Shown here one piece after another: positions 8,554 through 16,557 of a stretch of DNA of 32,000 bases (positions within the stretch are counted from its first letter, which is position 1; every line of letters starts with the position of its first letter). The position numbers and the translations under genes were made by a program. The notes below the pieces were generated by a model. It had not been told where the DNA came from. It did not search any database and worked only from the letters and a program-made list of their open reading frames with translations. Origin of the DNA: Mycolicibacterium smegmatis (GTDB taxonomy: Bacteria > Actinomycetota > Actinomycetes > Mycobacteriales > Mycobacteriaceae); assembly GCF_001457595.1 (NCBI RefSeq), contig NZ_LN831039.1, forward strand, positions 2,610,001-2,642,000, read 5' to 3'.

Positions 8554-9359
8554 GCGAACTGCCACGGCTGCTCGACCTCGACGAGCACGACGACGAGGAC
8601 ACCTGGACCGGGCCTGCGAGCGGGCCAGACGGCAAACGCGCATTCGGTGGGCTGCGCGCGGCGCAGAGCCTGGCCGCCGCGGCTCGCACCGTGGGCGACG
8701 ACCGCGCGCCGACCAACATGCACATGCAGTTCCTGCGCGGCGGCGACGCCGGCGAGCCCGCCCGCTACCGCGTGCACCGCGTCTACGACGGACGCACCGC
8801 GTCGGCGCGTCGCGTCGACGCCCACGAGCACGGCCGGTTGCTCACCACGGCCACGGTGTCGTTCGCGACGCCGCTGCCCGGGCCGGAGCACGGCCGCCGC
8901 ACGAGCGTGCCGCACGATCCCGAGGCGTTGCCGCGCACGGGCCCGCCGGGGCCCGCGCCGTCGCTGCCGCTCGACGAGTTCGACATCCGCATCGCCGACG
9001 ACACGGCCGGCGGTGGATTCACGCGGCGGTTCTGGTGGCGGGTCACCACGGCGCTGCCCGACGATGCACTGCTGCACACCATGGTGGCGCTGTACATCAC
9101 CGATCTGTACGGAATCGATCCCGCGCTCGGGGTGCACGGCCTGACGATGCGTTCACGCAGCCACCGCAGCGGCACGACCGATTCGTCGATGTGGTTCCAC
9201 CGGCGGGTGCGCGCCGACGAGTGGAACCTGCTTGAGCAGACGTCACCGGCCGCGGCCCGTGGCCGCGGCATCATCACCTCGAGTCTCGTGCAGCTCGACG
9301 GCAGCGTCGTCGCCACGCTCGTGCAGGAGGGTTTGATGGCCGAGCGGACGACGGACTGA
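8550..9359 (+). CDS. Acyl-CoA thioesterase II (TesB-like, double hot-dog)
   Basis: GTG 8550 overlaps the CoA-transferase stop. TesB-like blocks are present: GGLRAAQSLAAAARTV, MHMQFLRGGD, YRVHRVYDGRTASARRV, ALYITDLY, SMWFHRRVRADEWNLLEQTSPAAARGRG. The 8220..8549 part of the track ORF is an out-of-frame overlap with the CoA-transferase. Confidence 0.75.
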   Translation: MSELPRLLDLDEHDDEDTWTGPASGPDGKRAFGGLRAAQSLAAAARTVGDDRAPTNMHMQFLRGGDAGEPARYRVHRVYDGRTASARRVDAHEHGRLLTTATVSFATPLPGPEHGRRTSVPHDPEALPRTGPPGPAPSLPLDEFDIRIADDTAGGGFTRRFWWRVTTALPDDALLHTMVALYITDLYGIDPALGVHGLTMRSRSHRSGTTDSSMWFHRRVRADEWNLLEQTSPAAARGRGIITSSLVQLDGSVVATLVQEGLMAERTTD

Positions 9360-11822
9360 GCGCCGCGACCACCACGTGCGCGCGGCCGTGACGGCATACG
9401 TCACGGCCACCCCGACGACCAGTGACGCCAGCACCCCGAGGATGCGGTGGTCGCCGAACAGCGGATAGATCTGGTAATGCGTCAGATACGTGTACAGCGA
9501 TGCCTCGGCCAGCACGCCGAGCACCGCGGCCACCGGTGCGGGGCACCGCAGCGCCGGAACCCAGATCAACAACGCGAACCCGGCCAGCACCATGAGTTCC
9601 CGTTGGCTGTCGCCGAAGTAGCCGTACACCCCGATGGCCAGCACCGCGGTGACCGCCACCCGCTGCCACGTGTGGGTGGCCTTCGCGGCGGCCCACCCGG
9701 CGGCGAAGAACCAGAACGCCAACACCGTGAAGCACGCCTGATCGTGCAGGTCGAACGAGATCAGGTTGTAGCGCAAGGCAAGTCCGGCCGCCAGGAACGC
9801 CGCCGCGAACGCGAACGGCTGTCTGCGCTCCAAACGGTCGGCGGCAGGCAGCCAGCACACGGCGGCCAGTGCCACCAGGATCCACACCAGCACCTCGACG
9901 AACCACAGGCGCCCGGCGGTCATGCTGTCGGGCGGTCCCAGAAACTTGTTGGCCAGAAACAGGTTGGTGACGTGGTAGTGGTCGGTGATCAGCAGCGCGA
10001 TCGCGACCCACACGATCGACGGCACCGCGACACCCGCGATGGTCCGGCGCAGATGCCGCGACCGCTGTTCACGTGGCAGCGGTGTCAGGCAGAACCGCCC
10101 GAAGTTGTAACCCGCCACGGCGAGCAGCACGTGCGCGCCGCCCCACAGTTCGAACAGCTCGGCGTGCGAGCCCACGATCAGCACGATCGCGACTGCCCGC
10201 AGCGCGACGCTGGTCTCCACGGTGGCGCCCCAGCGCCGCCGCGGCGCCGCGCGGCGTTCCAGTTCGGACAGCGGCAGCCGGTGCCATTCGGCGGGCAGTT
10301 GCCCGAGGGCCCGTTCCAGACGCACCGACATCGCCACGTACGACAGCGAGTTGCCGCCGAGGTCGATGAAGCTGGCGTCGGGGTCGATGGAAGCCGGGTC
10401 GAGTTGCAGAACCTCGCCGAACAGCGTCCGCAGGTCGGTCACCTCGCCGGCCGGGACCTCGGTGGTGGTCCGGTCGCTGGCGAGTGCCCGCACCGCGGGA
10501 TAGTCGGGCTTGCCCGAGTGCAGCCGTGGCAGTTCGTCGACGACGGTTGTGCGTACGCCCGAGGCCGGGATACGTGCCGCGGCCGCCACCAGCCGCGTGA
10601 CCTCGGCGGCGGACGCCGGTGCGAGCGCGGCCACGGCGACACCGTCGTCGTCGCCGGTGCACAGGGCGGTGATGTTCTGTTCGGCCAGGCCCGATTCGAG
10701 ACGCTGCAGGTCGATGCGCAACCCGAACAGCTTCACGAACCGGCTGCTGCGGCCCACGATCTCGAACAGGCCGTCGGCGCCGCGGCGCGCGATGTCACCC
10801 GTGCGCAGCGCGTCCAGGGTCGCGCCGAGCGCGAGATCGTCGGGACCGTGCGCGTAGCCGAGCATCACGTTGGGCCCGCGGTAGACCAGTTCCCCGGTGC
10901 CCTCGGGCCAGCCGTCGAGCTGTTCGATGTCGAACCGGCCGCCGGGGATCGGTGTGCCGATGGCCTCGGGGCGGGTCAGCGCCAGCTCGGCGGGCAGGTA
11001 CGCCATGCGGGCGGTGGCCTCGGTGGCGCCGTACATCACCACCAGCTGCCAGCCCTGGCGTTGGCCCAGCTCCGCGAACCGCCGCACGCGCTCGGGCGCC
11101 ATCCGGCCGCCTGCCTGCGTGATGTAGCGCAGATGCGGCAGCGACATGTCGTCGAAGCCGATGCGGTCCAGGAGTTCGAACGTGTGCGGCACGCCTGCGA
11201 AGCTCGTGCCGCGGTGCTCGGTGAACAGCTCCCAGAACGCGTCGTCGAGCACCGAATCCTCGGTGAGGATCAGTGCCGCACCCCGCAGGAGGTGGCTGTT
11301 GAGCACCGAGAGCCCGTAACAGTACGACAGCGGCAGAGTCGTTGCCGCCCGGTCGGTTTCGCGGATGCCGAGATACTCGGCTATCGCGGCGGCGTTGCTG
11401 CGCAGGTTTGTGTGTGACAGCCGCACGAGCTTGGGCGAGCCGGTGCTGCCCGACGTGGACATCAGAAGAGCCAGGTCGTCGTGCAGCCGGTGGGCGGGTC
11501 GGTCGTGACGGTGGCGGATCCCGTCGGCGTCGATCACGGTGTCGGGGGAGTAGGTCTGCGTGATCGCGGTGTGGTCACCACCAGGTGCGACCGGCAGCGC
11601 CACGTGGCCGCCGGCCAGCGCGGCGAGGTAGTGCACGACGGTCGCGATGTCGTTGCTGGTCTCCAGAAGCACCAGACGGCGCCCGGTGCCCAGCCGTGCC
11701 GAAGCGTCGGCCACCTGATCGGCGAGTTCGCGGTAGGTCACGTGCCGTTCGGCTGTGATCAGCGCGGTCCGGTCCCCGTGGGCACGCAGCGCGTCGAGCA
11801 GCGCAGATGAAGCCGCGTGCAT
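9243..11822 (-). CDS. Tri-domain fusion: adenylate-forming (ANL) enzyme + phosphopantetheine carrier domain + polytopic acyltransferase-3 (AT3) membrane domain
   Basis: Adenylation motifs are LMSTSGSTGSPKLV, VMYGATEAT, LRTGDIA, GRSSRFVKLFGLRIDL and LHSGKPDY. The carrier motif is FIDLGGNSLSY, with the Ser codon at 10347-10349. This is followed by multiple hydrophobic helices that open with the AT3-type signature LRAVAIVLIVGSH (His codon 10164-10166). I prefer ATG 11822 as the start; the track ORF begins at TTG 11849. Confidence 0.8.
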   Translation of the reverse strand: MHAASSALLDALRAHGDRTALITAERHVTYRELADQVADASARLGTGRRLVLLETSNDIATVVHYLAALAGGHVALPVAPGGDHTAITQTYSPDTVIDADGIRHRHDRPAHRLHDDLALLMSTSGSTGSPKLVRLSHTNLRSNAAAIAEYLGIRETDRAATTLPLSYCYGLSVLNSHLLRGAALILTEDSVLDDAFWELFTEHRGTSFAGVPHTFELLDRIGFDDMSLPHLRYITQAGGRMAPERVRRFAELGQRQGWQLVVMYGATEATARMAYLPAELALTRPEAIGTPIPGGRFDIEQLDGWPEGTGELVYRGPNVMLGYAHGPDDLALGATLDALRTGDIARRGADGLFEIVGRSSRFVKLFGLRIDLQRLESGLAEQNITALCTGDDDGVAVAALAPASAAEVTRLVAAAARIPASGVRTTVVDELPRLHSGKPDYPAVRALASDRTTTEVPAGEVTDLRTLFGEVLQLDPASIDPDASFIDLGGNSLSYVAMSVRLERALGQLPAEWHRLPLSELERRAAPRRRWGATVETSVALRAVAIVLIVGSHAELFELWGGAHVLLAVAGYNFGRFCLTPLPREQRSRHLRRTIAGVAVPSIVWVAIALLITDHYHVTNLFLANKFLGPPDSMTAGRLWFVEVLVWILVALAAVCWLPAADRLERRQPFAFAAAFLAAGLALRYNLISFDLHDQACFTVLAFWFFAAGWAAAKATHTWQRVAVTAVLAIGVYGYFGDSQRELMVLAGFALLIWVPALRCPAPVAAVLGVLAEASLYTYLTHYQIYPLFGDHRILGVLASLVVGVAVTYAVTAARTWWSRRSVRRPLGHQTLLHERGDDAAVELHETRGDDAAATGRGR

Positions 11823-11911
11823 CGGGTCGTGGGGTCCTTTCGCAGGCAAACGGTCTCTAGACCATACCGGCGCTCGCGCGTCGGTGAGCCGCGCCGTTGT
11901 CAGACCGGATG

Positions 11912-14305
11912 TCAGCTCCCGGTGCCAGTGATCCCAGAGACCCCAGTGACCCCGGCCACCCCGGTGCCCTCACTGACATCGAGCGCGGCGCGCACGATGC
12001 TGTCGGTGTCCAGGCCGTGGTAGCGGTACACCTCCTCGAGTGAGCCCACCTGGCCGAACCGTGACACCCCGAGGTTGGTCGCCCGCACCCGCTGGATGTT
12101 CGCCAGGAACGCCAGGGTGTGTGGATGTCCGTCCAGCACGGTCACCAGCGGCAGCGCCCGGTCGGCGGGGAACAGCTGATCGAGGATCCAGGTGTCGGCG
12201 CCGGTGTTCGCAGCGTCGTGACCCTGGCGGGCCTGCCACGCATCGAACAGCAGCCCGGGACTCGTCACGCAGACCACGTCGGCGGGCACGCCCTGCTCGG
12301 TGAGCCGGTCCGCGGCCGCGAGCGCCTCGGGCAGCACCGCGCCCATCGCGGCGATCGTGACGCGCGCGCCTGGGGCGCGGCGCAGCGGGTAGCCGCCCGC
12401 CACCACCTGGCGGCGGCGGCGCTCGCGCGCCGCGGGGTCGGTCGGCACCGCGGCCAGGGACTGATCGACGGGCCGCGTCGAGAGCCGCAGATACGCCGAC
12501 GTGCCGCCGGGGCGGCCCAGCCGGCCCATGCTCGCCAGCAGCGTCCACTCGACGTCGATGGCGAACGCGGGTTCGTAGCTTATGCAGCCGGGTTGTTCGA
12601 TGCCGATCGACGGCGTCTTGATCGACTGGTGCGCGCCGCCCTCGGCGGCCAGCGTGACTCCAGACGGGGTGCCCACGAGGATCGACTGCCCACCGGCGTA
12701 GATGCCGAACGACCACGGCTCCAGCGCGCGTTCGACGAACGGGTCGTACAGCACGCCGATCGGGAAAACTGGCTGGCCCCAACGGCTCCAGGTCGCGCCG
12801 AGCTCACCGAGCAGACCCACCAGGTTGGTCTCGGCGATACCGAGTTCCACGTGCCTGCCGCTGGGGCGTTCGTCCCAGTGCATGATGGTCTCGGCGTCGT
12901 CGGCGAACCAGTTGCGGCGTTCGGTGGCAGACCACACGCCCACCTTGTTCACCCAGCCGCCCAGGTTCGTCGTCGAACTGACGTCCGGGCTCACCGTCAC
13001 CACACGTGCCGCGGCGTCGGGCGCCTCGCGGGACAGGTCCAGCAGCACGCGGCCCAGCGCGGCCTGCGTGGTGGCGGTGCCCTTGGGCGTGCGCCCGATG
13101 TCGCCGGGCACCGCGGGCGGATCGATGGCGGTGATGTCGTCGCGGCTGAGCCGTTGCGCGGCCGCGACGCACAATCGCCCGGCGTCGCTGTCCTGGGCGA
13201 ACCGCTGCCACGGCGCGTTCGGGTCCATACCCAGACGTGTTGCCAGCGCGTCGAACTCGTCGTGCGACAGCAGCGCCGAGTGGTTCTGCGGATGGCCTTC
13301 GGTGGGCAGGCCGTGGCCCTTGACCGTGTAGGCGATGATCACCGTCGGACGGGTGTCGTCGATCTCGCGGTACGCCTGCGTGAGCGTCGCGAGGTCATGG
13401 CCGCCGAGGTTGCGGATCGCGGCGGTGAGCGTCTGGTCGTCGAGATCGGCGATCAGGGAAGCGATCTCGCCGCTGCGCGGGCCGTCACCGGGCAGGCGGG
13501 TGCGGATGTCGCCCGCGGTGCACCGCAGCAGCCGCTGGTACTCGGGATTCGGCATGTCCAGGATGCGTGACCGCAACGCGTCGCCACCCGGCCGGGCGAA
13601 CAGCGACTCCAGCAGCCGCCCGAACTTCACCGTGATCACCTGCCAGCCCGCGGCGTCGAACATCTTCTCCAGACGCCGCGCCGCGATGTTGGGCACCACA
13701 CGGTCCAGGGACTGCCGGTTGAGGTCGACGATCCAGACCACCTCGCCCAACTCGGCGATACCGGGATCCAGGATGGCCTCCCACACCGCGCCCTCGTCGA
13801 GTTCGGCGTCGCCCACCAGCGAGTACTGCCTGCCCGCGCCCGTCGGCCCGTAGTGCGCGTCGACGAACCGCCGCGCCACCGCGCCCCAGATCGGGGCCGT
13901 CGCACCGATACCCACCGATCCGGTGGAGTAGTCGACGGGATCAGGGTCCTTCGACCGGCTCGGATAGGACTGCAGGCCGCCGAACTGCCGCAGCGTCGTC
14001 AGGTACTTCTCGTCGAGCCTGCCCAGCAGGTAGTTCAGGCTGTGCAGCACGGGGGAGGCGTGCGGTTTCACCGAGACCCGGTCACCCGAGCGGAGCTGCT
14101 CGAACCACAGCGCCGTCATGATGGTCACCATCGACGCGCTCGACGCCTGATGGCCGCCGACCTTGAGACCTGAGGTGTTGGGGCGGACCCGGTTGGCGTG
14201 ATGGATCATCGCGGTCGACAACCACAGGACGCGCTGTTCGATCTGTTGCAGCGTGTCCAGTCGTGCGGTGTCGACATCGAGGGTGTGTGCAGCGGTGAGA
14301 GACAT
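11912..14305 (-). CDS. AceE-type (homodimeric) pyruvate/2-oxoacid dehydrogenase E1 paralogue, N-terminally short, with a Gly/Thr/Val-rich C-terminal tail
   Basis: ATG 14305 gives MSLTAAHTLDV... The sequence carries AceE-like blocks: LKVGGHQASSASMVTIMTALWF, HASPVLHSLNYLLGRL, LQSYPS, DYSTGSVGIG, VGDAELDEGAVWEA, and a transketolase-like C-terminal half. The track ORF start at 14398 adds 31 unlikely codons. Confidence 0.8.
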   Translation of the reverse strand: MSLTAAHTLDVDTARLDTLQQIEQRVLWLSTAMIHHANRVRPNTSGLKVGGHQASSASMVTIMTALWFEQLRSGDRVSVKPHASPVLHSLNYLLGRLDEKYLTTLRQFGGLQSYPSRSKDPDPVDYSTGSVGIGATAPIWGAVARRFVDAHYGPTGAGRQYSLVGDAELDEGAVWEAILDPGIAELGEVVWIVDLNRQSLDRVVPNIAARRLEKMFDAAGWQVITVKFGRLLESLFARPGGDALRSRILDMPNPEYQRLLRCTAGDIRTRLPGDGPRSGEIASLIADLDDQTLTAAIRNLGGHDLATLTQAYREIDDTRPTVIIAYTVKGHGLPTEGHPQNHSALLSHDEFDALATRLGMDPNAPWQRFAQDSDAGRLCVAAAQRLSRDDITAIDPPAVPGDIGRTPKGTATTQAALGRVLLDLSREAPDAAARVVTVSPDVSSTTNLGGWVNKVGVWSATERRNWFADDAETIMHWDERPSGRHVELGIAETNLVGLLGELGATWSRWGQPVFPIGVLYDPFVERALEPWSFGIYAGGQSILVGTPSGVTLAAEGGAHQSIKTPSIGIEQPGCISYEPAFAIDVEWTLLASMGRLGRPGGTSAYLRLSTRPVDQSLAAVPTDPAARERRRRQVVAGGYPLRRAPGARVTIAAMGAVLPEALAAADRLTEQGVPADVVCVTSPGLLFDAWQARQGHDAANTGADTWILDQLFPADRALPLVTVLDGHPHTLAFLANIQRVRATNLGVSRFGQVGSLEEVYRYHGLDTDSIVRAALDVSEGTGVAGVTGVSGITGTGS

Positions 14306-14439
14306 GGGTCCTGCCTGAGCGACGGTGAGCAGAAAGCTCATTCCAGTCGAGCACTGACCGCCACTCACGGCAACAACGAGTTGGTTCGGCGGGCACAATG
14401 CTCATCAGTGCGCAATTCGACCCTGAGGGAGTGAGCGTT

Positions 14440-14916
14440 ATGCGCAAGACCGATGCCCGCATCGACGACATCGACGCACGGATCCTGCGCGCCCTTTCGG
14501 CCGATCCGCGCGCCACCGTCGTCGGCCTCGCGGAGGCCACCGGCCTGGCGCGCAACACCGTGCACGCGCGGTTGGCCAGGCTGGAGACCGAGGGTGCGCT
14601 GCGGTCGTTCGAGCGGCGCATCGACCCGGCGGCCCTCGGCTTCCCGCTGACCGGCTACATCATGGTCGTGGTCACCCAGCGGAAACTGGCAGGCATCGCC
14701 GAGGCGCTGGCCGAGGTCCCCGAGGTTCTCGAGGTGCACGGGCTCAGCGGCGTCACCGACCTGCTGGTCCACATCGTCGCCCGCGACACCGACGATCTCT
14801 ACCGGGTCGCCGGGCGGATCCTCGACATCGACGGCGTCGAGAAGACCACCACGAGCCTGGTGATGCGCAGCCTGGTCGATTACCGCGTCGGACCGCTGCT
14901 GAACGGACGCGGATGA
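14440..14916 (+). CDS. Lrp/AsnC family transcriptional regulator
   Basis: ATG 14440 is preceded by GAGGGAG. The N-terminal HTH is IDDIDARILRALSADPRATVVGLAEATGLARNTVHARLARLE, followed by a RAM/AsnC_trans_reg domain (GYIMVVV...VLEVHGLSGVTDLLVHIVARD). It is divergent from the AceE-like gene. Confidence 0.9.
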   Translation: MRKTDARIDDIDARILRALSADPRATVVGLAEATGLARNTVHARLARLETEGALRSFERRIDPAALGFPLTGYIMVVVTQRKLAGIAEALAEVPEVLEVHGLSGVTDLLVHIVARDTDDLYRVAGRILDIDGVEKTTTSLVMRSLVDYRVGPLLNGRG

Positions 14917-15028
14917 GGGCGGCGGGCGTCGTCGAACCCTGAAGTCGGCCGCGCTCGCAACGGTTGGGGTATCTGCGACGTTCATACCTTCTGGGAGCAG
15001 GCGCGAAGCGACGTGAGGGGGACGCGTA

Positions 15029-16437
15029 GTGACCTCAGCAGGACAGGTGGGTGTGGCCTCGGAGGTGTTGGACCGGCTACCGGTCACCAGATGGCACTGG
15101 AGACTGGTGTTCCTGGTCGGCATCGGGACCTTCTTCGACCTCTACGAGGTGTTCCTCGGCGGTGTGCTCGCACCGGTGATGGCAGCCCAGTACGAGCTGG
15201 GCGATCTGGGGAAGGCGATGGTGATCGCCGCCGGTTTCGCGGGGATGTTCGTGGGGGCGAACATCCTGTCGGTGGCGGCCGACCGGTTCGGGCGACGCCG
15301 CGTGTTCATCCTCAACATGGTGCTCTACGCCGTGTTCTCGCTGGCCTCGGCGTTCGCGCCGGATCCCGAGATCTTCGTGATCCTGCGATTCCTGTCCGGA
15401 ATCGGCCTGGGTGCGGAGTTGTGCTCGTCGACTCCTACCTCGCGGAGATGCTGCCGGCACGGGCGCGAGGACGAATGACGGCATGGGCGTACACGATCGG
15501 ATTCCTCGGGGTGCCCATCGCCGCGCTGCTCGGTGGTCGATTCGTCGCCCGCCACGAGATCCTCGGCATCGACGGTTGGCGGTGGTTGCTGATCCTGGGC
15601 GGCCTCGCCGCGGTGTTCGTGCTCGCGGTCCGCTCGATGCTCCCCGAGTCACCACGCTGGCTGGAGATCCGCGGACGCCACGCCGAGGCGCGCGTGGTGG
15701 TCGAATCCATCGTCGAGGCGGTGGGGGCCGACGTAGGACCGCTCGACGTCATACCGGACGGGCGCGGCGGTGCGAGCCGTCACGGTGAAGACGAGGTGCG
15801 GCGCGTCACCGACGTTCTGCGGATCGCGTTCCGCGACTATCGATCCCGCAGCGTCATGCTGATCATCTTCCAGGTGCTGCAGACCGTGGCGTACTTCGGG
15901 TTCGGCACGCTGGCTCCACTCGTGCTGGTGCACAAAGGGTTTCATGTCACCGAGTCGCTGGCCTACTCGGCGCTGAGCTTCGCGGGTTATCCGCTGGGGT
16001 CCCTCGTGTCGGTGCCCCTGGTGGAACGCTTCGAGCGCAAACACCTGATCATCGCCTCGGCGTTGGCGATCGCGGTGTTCGGTGTGGTTTTCGCCGCGGC
16101 GTCGAGTGTCGCGGTGATCGTGGCCGCCGGTTTCCTGCTCACCGCGGTCTCCAACGTGTTCTGCAACGCCTTCCACATCTATCAGGCCGAGATCTTCCCG
16201 ACGGCGATCCGCAGCACCGCCAGCGGGGCCGCGTACTCGCTGTCGCGTGCGGCCTCAGCCGTGTTGCCCTTCATCGCCGTTCCGCTTCTCACGGCGTTCG
16301 GGCCGGTGGTGGTGTTCGCCGGGTCCGCGGTGCTGATCGTGCTGCTGTGTGTCGACGTGGCCGTGCTCGGCCCGCGCAGTACGGGGCTGGATCTGGAGAC
16401 CGTGCAGCAGCCCGTAGGCGTGGCGCCTTACCGCTAG
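15029..16437 (+). pseudogene. MFS transporter (sugar-porter/metabolite:H+ symporter-like) interrupted by a 1-nt frameshift near 15419-15421
   Basis: About 130 codons from GTG 15029 (LDRLPVTRWHWRLVFLVGIGTFFDLYE, DRFGRRRVF, RFLSGIGLGAEL) run into stops. The natural continuation (VLVDSYLAEMLPARARGR... through the remaining TM segments to the stop at 16437) is in the frame of track ORF 15013..16437. At the junction gag-tt|gtg-ctc one base is missing relative to an intact GAEL-VLVDSY reading. Confidence 0.75.
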
Positions 16438-16557
16438 CCGGTACAGGCCGGTAGTGACAGCACCCTCACAGGTTGGGGGTCTGCGGCGATGTGCGCACCT
16501 TCGGTTCTTCGAAAGGCTTATGCCCACCGAATGAGCCTTGACCAGTGAGGATGCGCC

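Noticed and set aside
6121-8643. 840-aa minus-strand ORF, the longest in the track
   Set aside because: It is entirely antisense to the fused E1 and CoA-transferase genes, which both carry clear family motifs. Its translation is Arg/Gly/His/Pro-rich with no recognisable motif. This is the typical stop-poor shadow frame of high-GC DNA.
9447-11417. 656-aa plus-strand ORF
   Set aside because: It is antisense to the adenylation-carrier-AT3 gene. The composition is dominated by R, G, Q, H, P and it has no motifs. The opposite strand has unambiguous ANL/PCP signatures.
12119-13570. 483-aa plus-strand ORF, plus the smaller ORFs 11970..12782 and 12702..13331
   Set aside because: These are shadow frames over the AceE-like gene. 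They are Arg/Gly-rich low-complexity translations without motifs.
15405-15435. Possibility that the MFS frameshift is a programmed ribosomal frameshift
   Set aside because: There is no slippery X-XXY-YYZ heptamer or homopolymer at the junction (ggtgcggagttgtgctcgtcg), and no obvious downstream stimulatory structure. A simple 1-nt deletion or sequencing error explains it.
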